Source: a virus
Lineage: Duplodnaviria; Caudoviricetes
Length of the DNA: 31,276 bases
Reading direction: 5' to 3' (one strand)
Virus record (IMG/VR): IMGVR_UViG_3300020045_005261
Location: 1 to 31,276 of that record
Each line of letters opens with the position of its first letter. Positions within the stretch are counted from its first letter, which is position 1. Of this stretch, positions 16,064 to 25,228 are shown piece by piece. Both the position numbers and the translations under genes were made by a program. Below the pieces are notes generated by a model. The model was not told the origin of the DNA, did no database searches, and was given only the letters and a program-made list of their open reading frames with translations.

Positions 16064-16618
16064 ATGTTTGATTTAAACAAAAAAGAAGCGATTAGTAGTG
16101 TATTTAATAATGGAGTAGCAGGTAAAGCTATAGGGGTTAATGTAACAGTTGAAAAAAGAAAGGTTGATGAACCAGATAGTTATCCAGATTATAAATTAGT
16201 AGTATCTGATGAATCAGGTGGTATGCCAATTAATCAAGGATTTTATATCAATTCAGAAGATGATGAGAAACGTCAGCAAATGACATATCAACGTGTTAAG
16301 TCTATTGCAGATGCAGTAGTTCCTGAAGATTTTGTATATCCTGAAGTAAATGGATATGTTGATGCATTAAACACTTTATTTAAAGTTATTAAAGAAAATG
16401 CAGATGATAAAAAAGTAGATGTATTCGTAACTTATGGATATACAGCTAAACCATCTAAATACTTAGGTTTGAGAATGTTTAATTTCATTCAAAAACAAAA
16501 TGCTAGTTTTGATAGATTGAAACCAAGTAATACAGATGTTTTAGAACGTCCTGAAGCAGATGCTCCAAAAGCAGATAGTCAAGGTACAGCTCCAAAAACT
16601 TCTGCTGATATTTGGTAA
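16064..16618 (+). CDS. Putative single-stranded DNA-binding protein
   Basis: Lies between ATPase and primase, beta-rich, flexible tail ending ADIW; function inferred from context. Confidence 0.5.
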   Translation: MFDLNKKEAISSVFNNGVAGKAIGVNVTVEKRKVDEPDSYPDYKLVVSDESGGMPINQGFYINSEDDEKRQQMTYQRVKSIADAVVPEDFVYPEVNGYVDALNTLFKVIKENADDKKVDVFVTYGYTAKPSKYLGLRMFNFIQKQNASFDRLKPSNTDVLERPEADAPKADSQGTAPKTSADIW

Positions 16619-16695
16619 TAAATAATATTATAAATTAAGGGATCAGTCCTGTCTACAAATCTGATGTGGGGTGATAGTAGATAATTTATAATAGT

Positions 16696-16817
16696 GGTTG
16701 AGTGGCGAAAGGTGGTAAACGCAGTGGTGTGTTAAATGTGGGAATAGACATAATCCCTAACCCTGTAAAGGGCTAACTGCTTGTCTTTTATTGCAGGTTC
16801 GACTCCTGCCTCAACCT
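16696..16817 (+). ncRNA. tRNA-like RNA with an expanded, non-canonical anticodon region
   Basis: Acceptor GGTTGAG/CTCAACC+T; D arm GCG-AAAGGTGGTAAA-CGC; T arm GCAGG-TTCGACT-CCTGC; 69-nt central segment. Confidence 0.75.
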
Positions 16818-16841
16818 CAATATTAACTAAAATTAAAAATT

Positions 16842-16997
16842 ATGAAACAGCGTTATGATAAAGAACCTAATGGTTGTATGTCTTGTACATTTGAAGGTTG
16901 TAAAAAAGAAATAGAAGAAGGTGGTTATTTACAAGCGGGATATACACCTCAGGATGAATATGGAAAATGTCCTGAAGAAGCTAATATAGAAAAATAA
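16842..16997 (+). CDS. 51-aa four-cysteine protein (not in ORF track)
   Basis: MKQRYDKEPNGCMSCTFEGC...GKCPEE; consensus leader; ends 3 nt before the primase. Confidence 0.65.
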   Translation: MKQRYDKEPNGCMSCTFEGCKKEIEEGGYLQAGYTPQDEYGKCPEEANIEK

Positions 16998-17000
16998 ATT

Positions 17001-18026
17001 ATGTTTAATTTAAATAAAGAAAAACAATTAATATCTAAATCTGAAATTTTAAAATATTTTAATGAATTAGAAATATTTCAACATTATATAGATGATGAAG
17101 TAATGTTAGGTAAATCAATATTATCACCTTTAAGAAAGGAAAACAATCCTTCCTTTGCATTTTTTATTGGAGAAGGTAATGAAATATGTTTTAATGATTT
17201 TAAGCTCGGAAAAGGTGATTTTATACAGTTTCTGAGATTAAGAGATGGTTTAACATATTTTGAAGCTTTAAGTAAAATTGCAAATGATTTCAATCTTCAA
17301 GATGATTATATTTGTAAAATATATCCTAAAGAAGGTAAAGATAAATCTAAAGTTAGAATTATTAAAGATGATATGTTATCTAAATATACAGGTTATTATT
17401 TAGGTAAGAAAGCTAGAGAATGGCAATCACATGATGTATTATTCTGGAGACAATTTGGTATTGGTAAAGAAACATTAGAATTTTTTAATGTACAACCAAT
17501 AAGTTTTATATTTATTGGAGATAAGTGTTTTCCTGCTGATAAATATGCATATTGTTTTATAGAAGAAAAAGACAATATTGAGACATATAAAATTTATCAA
17601 CCTTTTAGTGAAAATTATAAATGGATTAATAATCATAATAATTCTGTATGGCAAGGTTGGACACAATTACCAGAATCTGGAGAAACATTAATAATTACTA
17701 AATCATTAAAAGATGTTATGTGTTTATATGAAGTTGCTAAATTACCAGCAATTGCAATGCAATCTGAAAATGTATTACCAAAAAGACATATATTTCAACA
17801 ATTAGAATCTAGATTTACAGATATTGAATTATTATATGATAATGATTTTGATAAAGATCCTAATTGGGGAAGAATATTTGCAGATAAATTTGCTAAAGAA
17901 TTTGGATTAGTTGATAGTTTTATTCCAGATAAATATAAAGCTAAAGATTTTTCAGATTTAGTGAAGCTTATGGGTCAAGAAAATGCAAAACATATATTAT
18001 TTTACGAAACATTGTTACCTTTTTAA
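17001..18026 (+). CDS. DNA primase (TOPRIM, crAss-like type)
   Basis: SPLRKENNPSF and FNDF N-domain; IITKSLKDVM, YDND, KDFSDL. Confidence 0.85.
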   Translation: MFNLNKEKQLISKSEILKYFNELEIFQHYIDDEVMLGKSILSPLRKENNPSFAFFIGEGNEICFNDFKLGKGDFIQFLRLRDGLTYFEALSKIANDFNLQDDYICKIYPKEGKDKSKVRIIKDDMLSKYTGYYLGKKAREWQSHDVLFWRQFGIGKETLEFFNVQPISFIFIGDKCFPADKYAYCFIEEKDNIETYKIYQPFSENYKWINNHNNSVWQGWTQLPESGETLIITKSLKDVMCLYEVAKLPAIAMQSENVLPKRHIFQQLESRFTDIELLYDNDFDKDPNWGRIFADKFAKEFGLVDSFIPDKYKAKDFSDLVKLMGQENAKHILFYETLLPF

Positions 18027-18042
18027 AAAAATAATGATAAAT

Positions 18043-18558
18043 ATGAGAAAAAATAATAAAAGATCTGAAGGTTATAAAACTAGAGCTGAAAGAAAGAAGG
18101 AAAAGAGAGAATTAAAAAGAAAATCACAAATGGAAAAAAAGATTTTAATAGGTCTATATGATGATTATAGAAAAGATGGTTGTTTAAATGGAATGTTGAG
18201 TAATGCTTCTTGTAAATTAATAGGTACTTATTCTACAGAACCCAATTATACAATGTATAATATAGATAAAGATGAATCTTGTGTGGTAGTAACAAATGGT
18301 AATTATTCTATTAAAGTTGAAGTTTGGGAGGTAAGTGAATCGTATATAGATACAATTGAAAAAACTTATAGTTATTATCCACAATTTGAAGAATACCCAC
18401 AAGATTATAAAAAAGAAGAAGTTTTAACACCGTTTGGTAAAGTTTCAATGTATTTCACAAATATAGAACAATCTGAAAAAGATATTATAATTAGTGGCGA
18501 TTGGATTGAATATTTGAATTATAAAAAAGTAATTGGTAATAAAAAAGTAACTATATAA
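18043..18558 (+). CDS. Degenerate gamma-glutamylcyclotransferase (AIG2-like) paralog; start uncertain (18034/18043/18130)
   Basis: Aligns with the next gene (STEPNYTM, VEVWEV, TPFGK, SGDW) but lacks YGSL and LEGY. Confidence 0.7.
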   Translation: MRKNNKRSEGYKTRAERKKEKRELKRKSQMEKKILIGLYDDYRKDGCLNGMLSNASCKLIGTYSTEPNYTMYNIDKDESCVVVTNGNYSIKVEVWEVSESYIDTIEKTYSYYPQFEEYPQDYKKEEVLTPFGKVSMYFTNIEQSEKDIIISGDWIEYLNYKKVIGNKKVTI

Positions 18559-18560
18559 CT

Positions 18561-18971
18561 ATGAGAAAAAAACATTTAGTCGCATGTTACGGAAGTTTAC
18601 GTAAAACTATGAGTAATTATCAATATTATTTATCAAGTTCTGAATATAAAGGTACATTTTCAACAGAACCTGAATATACTCTACATTCTTTATCGTTTTA
18701 CCCGGGATTAAAATTAAATGGTAATACATCTGTTGTAATGGAAGTTTATGAAGTAGATGATTATACTTTAGAAAATTTAAATAGATTGGAAGGTTATCGT
18801 TCTGGAGAAAAATCAACATTTTATGATAGAATTGAAATTAATACTCCTTGGGGAAAAGCTTTTACATATATTTATGTAAATGAATTATCAAAAAATTCTA
18901 TTGTGGAATCAGGAGATTGGGTGTTACATAAATCTAAAGAAAAATCGTGGTCAAGTGTCACAAATAACTAA
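18561..18971 (+). CDS. Gamma-glutamylcyclotransferase (GGCT/AIG2-like)
   Basis: YGSLRK, YPGL, EVYEV, LNRLEGY, SGDW. Confidence 0.9.
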   Translation: MRKKHLVACYGSLRKTMSNYQYYLSSSEYKGTFSTEPEYTLHSLSFYPGLKLNGNTSVVMEVYEVDDYTLENLNRLEGYRSGEKSTFYDRIEINTPWGKAFTYIYVNELSKNSIVESGDWVLHKSKEKSWSSVTNN

Positions 18972-18976
18972 AGATT

Positions 18977-19402
18977 ATGGAAGAACAATTAATTTCATTT
19001 GAAACGGCTAAACTAGCTAAAGAAAAAGGATTTGATACTCCTACTAGAAATTTTTATGCAGATGAATCTTGGAAAGATGAACAAGTTTATACCTGTAATG
19101 AAGTTGGTTATCCTGAATACACAAAAGATATGGGAAATAATCACGGATTTGGAGATATAACTTTAACACCAACTCAATCTTTATTAAATAAATGGCTAAG
19201 AGAAGTTCATAAAATTCATATTGAAATTGAATATTCTTTTAAACAAAATAAATATTCTGTAGATATATATAATTCTGATGAAAAAATTATCGATAATCAA
19301 TTATTTAAAATATCTTCTAAAATTGAAGATTATTTAAAATATAAAAGTTATGAAGATGCTTTAGAATTTGGATTACAAGAAGGATTAAAATTAATAAAAT
19401 AA
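18977..19402 (+). CDS. Hypothetical protein, paralog of 10475-10870
   Basis: ISFETAKLAKEKGFD, PTQSLLNKWLREVH, SYEDALE. Confidence 0.8.
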   Translation: MEEQLISFETAKLAKEKGFDTPTRNFYADESWKDEQVYTCNEVGYPEYTKDMGNNHGFGDITLTPTQSLLNKWLREVHKIHIEIEYSFKQNKYSVDIYNSDEKIIDNQLFKISSKIEDYLKYKSYEDALEFGLQEGLKLIK

Positions 19403-19417
19403 AAATAACTAAAAATA

Positions 19418-20113
19418 ATGAATAATATTAAAAAGATAGCCATTGTGGGACATTTCACAGGAGAAAATAGTTTTGGAATTTCTAAACCATATTTATTCTT
19501 TTGGCAACAATTTGGAGAAGTATCTTTAATTTCACCATTTGAAACACATGTAAGAGATGTAGATTTATTAGTAATGCCAGGTGGTCAAGATGTAGATCCT
19601 TATAGATATTTATCACCTGAAGAGGATACTCATATATTTACAGGAACTCCTTGTATGCAAAAAGAAAGATTTGATAGATTTCTATTATCTAAATATATGG
19701 AAGCTAATATTCCGATATTTTGTACTTGCAGAGGTATGCAATCTATGTATGTTACCCTAGGAGGTAAACTTAATCAACATATGTCACATGAAACTAATCC
19801 ATCACATGATGGTAGAAAATTAATGCATGGAATTGATTTTGAAAATCAATATATAATTCCAGGATTTGCAGAAGTTACTCAGCATAAAAAAGGTGAATAT
19901 AAAATTAATAGTAGGCATCATCAAACTGTTAATGAAGAAACTAAACCTGAAATTGTAACTATTCTAGCAAGACATAGTACAGATGATGAAATTGAATTTG
20001 CAACAACATTTCCACATTACCCTTGTCATATGACACAACATCACGTGGAGGATACATCAGATCCTGCTACAGTATTTCTAATTAATCATTTATTAAATTT
20101 AAACAATGACTAA
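19418..20113 (+). CDS. Class I glutamine amidotransferase / peptidase C26-like
   Basis: PGGQDVDP, CRGMQ nucleophile elbow, NSRHHQ, QHHVE. Confidence 0.88.
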   Translation: MNNIKKIAIVGHFTGENSFGISKPYLFFWQQFGEVSLISPFETHVRDVDLLVMPGGQDVDPYRYLSPEEDTHIFTGTPCMQKERFDRFLLSKYMEANIPIFCTCRGMQSMYVTLGGKLNQHMSHETNPSHDGRKLMHGIDFENQYIIPGFAEVTQHKKGEYKINSRHHQTVNEETKPEIVTILARHSTDDEIEFATTFPHYPCHMTQHHVEDTSDPATVFLINHLLNLNND

Positions 20114-20933
20114 ATTAAAAAAATATAAATTATTTAGACCTCTGATTTTATCACGTCATCCATCACACTCAATTTTAAGAGCTAAGAATCAAACATTACC
20201 ATTATTACCATTTAGATCTGTAATACGTCTTGGTTCGACGACAGACTCAGACGGTAGATTAGAAATTAATACAGTACAAGCTGTTAAAAATTCAGCTTCT
20301 AAACTGTTAATGAAACAGAAGTTTACTGAAGCTGGAGTTAAAACTGCTGATTGGATGACTTATAAAAATGGTTCATTTAAAGCACACGATACAGATTTAG
20401 ATACAGATATTGAAATATATCCAATTGTAGCTAAATCTCATTTTGGTTCTAGAGGAATTGGTAATACTAAATTTAATACTAAAGAAGAATTAGAAGCTTG
20501 GTTACCAAATAAAAATCTTAATAATTATATATTTGAAGAGTTTGTTAAAATGACTAGAGAATATAGATTACATGTAACTAAATTTGGTTGTTTCTATACT
20601 TGTAGAAAATTAGTTAAAAATGATGCACCTGAAGGTACTTGGCAACGTCATGATGATGTTTGTAATTGGGTATTAGAAGAAAACCCATCATTTAAAAAAC
20701 CTAAGAATTGGGATGCTATTGTTGCAGATTGTATTAAAGCAAAAGATGCTTTAGGATTAGATATTTGTGCATTTGATGTAGGTGTTCAAGGTGCTAAAGA
20801 TGGAGTTGAAAGAGAAAATCCTGAATGGATTATATTTGAATCTTGTTCGGCTGCCAGTTTTGGTGCTGTTACAGGTCAAAAATATATAGAAATTTTGCCA
20901 AAATTATTAATAGATAAATATAATAACAAATGA
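20106..20933 (+). CDS. ATP-grasp ligase (RimK/YheCD-like)
   Basis: SKLLMKQKF, PIVAKSHFGSRGIG, FEEF, EYRLHV, AFDV, IFESCSA. Confidence 0.85.
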   Translation: MTKLKKYKLFRPLILSRHPSHSILRAKNQTLPLLPFRSVIRLGSTTDSDGRLEINTVQAVKNSASKLLMKQKFTEAGVKTADWMTYKNGSFKAHDTDLDTDIEIYPIVAKSHFGSRGIGNTKFNTKEELEAWLPNKNLNNYIFEEFVKMTREYRLHVTKFGCFYTCRKLVKNDAPEGTWQRHDDVCNWVLEENPSFKKPKNWDAIVADCIKAKDALGLDICAFDVGVQGAKDGVERENPEWIIFESCSAASFGAVTGQKYIEILPKLLIDKYNNK

Positions 20934-21934
20934 ATCCAGAATTATTAAACAAAATAAAACATTATCATTTAGATAATACAACTTCAAAAAGTACAATTAA
21001 AACTTTTTTAAATACTTGTATCGGAGCTGGATTGTATCATGAAGTAGAGGGTGATGAATTACATAATAAAGTAGAAACTATTTATAATTATTTAAATAAT
21101 GTTATTAAAGAACCAGAAGTTAAACAACCTTTAAATATTGTAATTGCAGATGATTCTTCATCTTTAGAATACGTATCATATTTAAAAGAAAAATATGAAG
21201 TTACTGTCCATAAATCAAATAATGTAAAAAATCCAAAAGATATTGATTTAGTATTATTTACAGGTGGTGAAGATGTTTGTCCTGAAAGATATTTTGAAGA
21301 AACTGGTAAATTTACAAGTTTTAATAAAAATAGAGATGAAAAAGAAATAGATAATTTTTATAAATTTAAAAATCATTCTTTTCTATTAGGTATTTGTAGA
21401 GGAAATCAGTTACTTACCGTATTAAGTGGTGGTAGATTAATTCAACATGTAGAAGGTCATTGTAGAGATCATTCAATCATTTTAAATAATAGAATGAAAT
21501 GTAACATTACTTCCTCACATCATCAAATGATATATCCTTTTGATTTAAATGAAAAAGATTATGAATTACTTGCTTATTCTGAATATTTTCAAAGTAATAC
21601 ATATCTTAATGGAAATAATGAAGAAGTTGATTTATCTAAAAATTTCTTAGAACCTGAAATTGTATATTATAAAAATACAAATGCTTTATGTATTCAAGGT
21701 CATCCTGAATGGAGTCATTGTGAAAAAAGAACTTCGAATATGTGTTTAAATTTAATTGATAAATATTTAAAAGAATTTAAAAATTCAAAAAAAGAAAATA
21801 ATTTAGGTTATTATAAATCAATTAATATTGCTGATTTAAAATATGGCGATAATTATTATAGTGATGCAATTGAAAAAGAAGAAGTAGAAGATAACTATGA
21901 TTGGGAATTAGAAGAAGATAATTCTCCACTTTAA
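20930..21934 (+). CDS. Class I glutamine amidotransferase / peptidase C26-like
   Basis: TGGEDV, GICRG, SSHHQM, QGHPE. Confidence 0.9.
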   Translation: MNPELLNKIKHYHLDNTTSKSTIKTFLNTCIGAGLYHEVEGDELHNKVETIYNYLNNVIKEPEVKQPLNIVIADDSSSLEYVSYLKEKYEVTVHKSNNVKNPKDIDLVLFTGGEDVCPERYFEETGKFTSFNKNRDEKEIDNFYKFKNHSFLLGICRGNQLLTVLSGGRLIQHVEGHCRDHSIILNNRMKCNITSSHHQMIYPFDLNEKDYELLAYSEYFQSNTYLNGNNEEVDLSKNFLEPEIVYYKNTNALCIQGHPEWSHCEKRTSNMCLNLIDKYLKEFKNSKKENNLGYYKSINIADLKYGDNYYSDAIEKEEVEDNYDWELEEDNSPL

Positions 21935-21953
21935 TAAAAAATTATAAAAATAT

Positions 21954-22764
21954 ATGAAAATAAATAATATCACTTTGGGTACAGATCCAGAATTATTCTT
22001 AGCAAAAGACAATAAAATTATTTCAGCAATTGGTAAAATTGGGGGTTCTAAATCGGAACCCCAACCGATTTCAGATGATGGTCATTTTATTCAAGAAGAT
22101 AATGTTACTATTGAATATAATATCCCACCTTGTAAAAATGTAGAAGATTGGGTATTTCATCATAATTTTGTTAAAGATTATTTAGAAGTATTAGTTTCTG
22201 GAATGGGTTGTACATTAGCAATTCAACCTATTGCTACATTAGAAGATTCTGAGTTAGACAACGATATAGCGCGTCTTGCGGGTTGTACACCTGATTTCGA
22301 TGTATGGAATGAATGTATTAATGAACCAGTAGACTTATCTATTACCAACAAGAGAAGCAGGGGGTCATATTTCTGTGGGTTGGGATGATTTTACACAAGA
22401 ACAACAGCTAGATATGATTAAAGCAATGGATGCTACTTTAGGTTTAGAATCTGTATTATTAGATGATGATACAGAACGTAAAAAACTTTATGGTAAAGCA
22501 GGTTGTTTTCGCTTCACCGCTTTTGGAATTGAATATAGAAGTTTATCTAATTTCTGGATTAAATCTGATGAATCTTTGCAATGGGCTTGGAAAACTACAA
22601 TGAAAGCAATTGATTTAGTTAATTCTGATAAAATTGAAGAAGTTAAAGAGTTAGGTGGTTATATTGTAGAAGCAATTAATACTAATAATAAAGAATTAGC
22701 TCAAGAGTTATTAAATAAAATTGATATAATTGTTGATAATAAAATAAAAGTAACAAATGAATAA
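21954..22764 (+). pseudogene. phiEco32-like COOH-NH2 ligase type 2, split by a frameshift near 22357
   Basis: Frame A: GTDPELF, QEDNV..EYN, GCTPDF. Frame B: AGGHISVG, RKKLYGKAG.FR, IEYRSLSNFW. Joined length about 270 aa. Confidence 0.85.
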
Positions 22765-23278
22765 TTTAAAACATTCCGATTATATTACACATATTAATAA
22801 TGAAGAAGATAATGTTTATTTAAAATCTAAACATTTTCCAGTAAATATGAGATTATTTAAAACATCTGAACAATACAAAAATATAATTTTACAGCAATGT
22901 AATTATATTAGAGAATTGTGTCTAGATGTAAAAAAAGGTTATAAAAAACCACACGGAATGAGTTCTGCAAACGCAGGATTAGCATTTAATATTATTGGTA
23001 TTACTAAAAATAGATTACAAGATAATGAATATTGTAAAATATTAATAAATCCTAGAATTGTAGAATATATGGGAGATTTAGTAGAAACTACAAGTAATTG
23101 TGGATCTATAACATTAGATAAACCTATTAAATTAACAAGAAATTCTGAAATAATTGTAAATTATTTTGATGAAAAAGGTAATGAATTTGTAGAATTATTT
23201 ACAAGAGAAACTGGTGCTTTTACAATACAACACGAAGTGGATCATAATAATGGTATATTAATAATAGATTATAAATAA
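22757..23278 (+). CDS. def: Divergent peptide deformylase
   Basis: LINP, metal Cys motif SNCGS (canonical EGCLS), QHEVDH. Confidence 0.8.
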   Translation: MNNLKHSDYITHINNEEDNVYLKSKHFPVNMRLFKTSEQYKNIILQQCNYIRELCLDVKKGYKKPHGMSSANAGLAFNIIGITKNRLQDNEYCKILINPRIVEYMGDLVETTSNCGSITLDKPIKLTRNSEIIVNYFDEKGNEFVELFTRETGAFTIQHEVDHNNGILIIDYK

Positions 23279-23294
23279 ATAAAATAATAAAAAA

Positions 23295-25226
23295 ATGGTA
23301 AAAATAATTCTAATATTAGCATTATTACAATATATATATAATTTTATATTTGGTTATAAATCAAATATATTATCCTGTGGAATCTTTGGGATGGCTACAA
23401 ATAAACCTGAAAATTTAGATGTAAATGGAGTTCATATTCTAGGTATATTTAATATAGAACGTGGTAAGATGTCTTGTGGATTATCATGGGATGGTGATGT
23501 ACAGTATGGTCTTGGTTTTGATAAATTATATACAGATTTTATTGTAGATAGAGAAATCAAACCTACAAAAACACCAATTATGATTGGTCATACTAGACAA
23601 CCTAGTTATGGATTTGCGATTACAGAAGATAATGCTCATCCATTTGGATTTGGTACAAGTAAAGATGGAGAAGGTTATGAAATGATTTTCTGTCATAATG
23701 GAACATTAAAAAATCATAAAGAATTAGCTAAAAAATATAATATTGAATTATCTGAAAAAGTTGTGAAACAATCTCATGGAGGTCATGAATATACAACAAC
23801 TCGTGATAAAATTGATAGTGAAATATTAGGTGAAATATTATATAGAACAAAGAAATTTCATGTATTAAGTGAATATATTGGAGCTGCTGCTTTAGCTTGG
23901 ACTTGGATTGATGAACCTAATAAACTATATTTATGGTCAGGTGCATCTAAACAAACTAAAGGTTCAGCATTAATTACTGAAATTGAAGAAAGACCTATGA
24001 ATGTTTATTGTAAAAATGAAAATAATATGTTTTTCTCATCATTAAAAGATAGTTTAACTGTTTTAGGTGCATCTAAAAAAGATGATTTACAAATAGATTA
24101 TAATACAGTTTATATTATTACAGATGGTGATTTTGCAAATGCTGAAAAACATAAAGTCAGTCGGAAGCAATCTGGTCAAAACGAATCTGTTGTTACCTCA
24201 GTGTTTAATAGAGGTAATAGATATAATAACTCTTTTGACGATTACTGTGATTGGGAAAATTATCAAGATGAAAGAACATTAGCTGTAACTACACCTCCTA
24301 TTAATGTAGAAACTACAACATACTCAATATCTAATTTAATTGACGATAAAACAATTCGTCCTATTGTAGATTATAAAAATAAAGTATATTCTAAAAGTTT
24401 GAGATATTGGGAAAGAGGAACTCTTATAAATGGAATTTATGTTTATGTAAAAAATTGGGGTTTTAAATTTGCAGGAATTGATTCTTATACAGCTAATAGT
24501 TTTGTTAAAAGTATAAAAGGATTATCTTTTAATTACAATAGTGGATCTTTTAATTACAATATATTGAACACTGAAGGTTTTGTACCATTTAAAAAAGATG
24601 TTGATAATATACAATTTCATTATTTTACAGAAGGTGTTCTATTAAAAACTGTAGAAGATTATAATAGAGCTGTAACTTTAAGAAAAGAGTTGAAATTACC
24701 AACAAAATATATAAATTATGAAATTTTATCTTATATATCTAAACATCCTATAATTGATATGAATTCCACAAAATCAATTACTATCGCAATGTTAGATAAT
24801 AAACCTTTTACTGGAAATGTAACAGAATTAGGATTTGAAAAAATATATTATTTTAATAACGGAGTATTGGTAAAATGGACTAAAAGAGCTGATTTAATAG
24901 TAGAAAATAAAACACCTGTTATAATATTACCTACTACTACAGAATCAAATAAATTTGACAAAGAATTGTTTGATAATTCCATTAAAACTATTGAAAATAT
25001 TGAAAAAAATATTAAAATAGAAGATGTCGCTAAAGAAATAGAAGATGAATTATTTATTAAAGAATTACTTATGGAATCTTTTGAAAGACATTCTGAAGAA
25101 ATATCTGAAACAATTATTGAACTTTCTGATTGGAAAGAACACGATCTTATTAAAGGTGCATTAAACACATTAAATTTAATAAGTCATACATTAAAAGATT
25201 TTGTTGAAACACCTAATAAAAAATAA
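23295..25226 (+). CDS. Class II (Ntn) glutamine amidotransferase with a long C-terminal extension
   Basis: CGIFG at residue 28, ERG, GHTR, NAHPF, HNGTL, IDSE. Confidence 0.88.
   Translation: MVKIILILALLQYIYNFIFGYKSNILSCGIFGMATNKPENLDVNGVHILGIFNIERGKMSCGLSWDGDVQYGLGFDKLYTDFIVDREIKPTKTPIMIGHTRQPSYGFAITEDNAHPFGFGTSKDGEGYEMIFCHNGTLKNHKELAKKYNIELSEKVVKQSHGGHEYTTTRDKIDSEILGEILYRTKKFHVLSEYIGAAALAWTWIDEPNKLYLWSGASKQTKGSALITEIEERPMNVYCKNENNMFFSSLKDSLTVLGASKKDDLQIDYNTVYIITDGDFANAEKHKVSRKQSGQNESVVTSVFNRGNRYNNSFDDYCDWENYQDERTLAVTTPPINVETTTYSISNLIDDKTIRPIVDYKNKVYSKSLRYWERGTLINGIYVYVKNWGFKFAGIDSYTANSFVKSIKGLSFNYNSGSFNYNILNTEGFVPFKKDVDNIQFHYFTEGVLLKTVEDYNRAVTLRKELKLPTKYINYEILSYISKHPIIDMNSTKSITIAMLDNKPFTGNVTELGFEKIYYFNNGVLVKWTKRADLIVENKTPVIILPTTTESNKFDKELFDNSIKTIENIEKNIKIEDVAKEIEDELFIKELLMESFERHSEEISETIIELSDWKEHDLIKGALNTLNLISHTLKDFVETPNKK
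24524..24561 (+). repeat. 17-bp in-frame direct repeat (SFNYN x2)
   Basis: ATCTTTTAATTACAATA at 24524 and 24545. Confidence 0.8.
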
Positions 25227-25228
25227 AA

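Noticed and set aside
16642-16683. Possible HDV/theta-like ribozyme before the tRNA-like RNA (ATCAG/CTGAT crossing TGTCTAC/GTAGATA)
   Set aside because: No P3/L3 or catalytic J4/2 C, and it lies 5' of the tRNA-like element; at most a weak pseudoknot
16760-16775. CTGTAAA as a tRNA-Tyr anticodon loop
   Set aside because: Only 2 bp would close a 7-nt loop, the position is wrong and the discriminator is U; a GTAA tetraloop fits better
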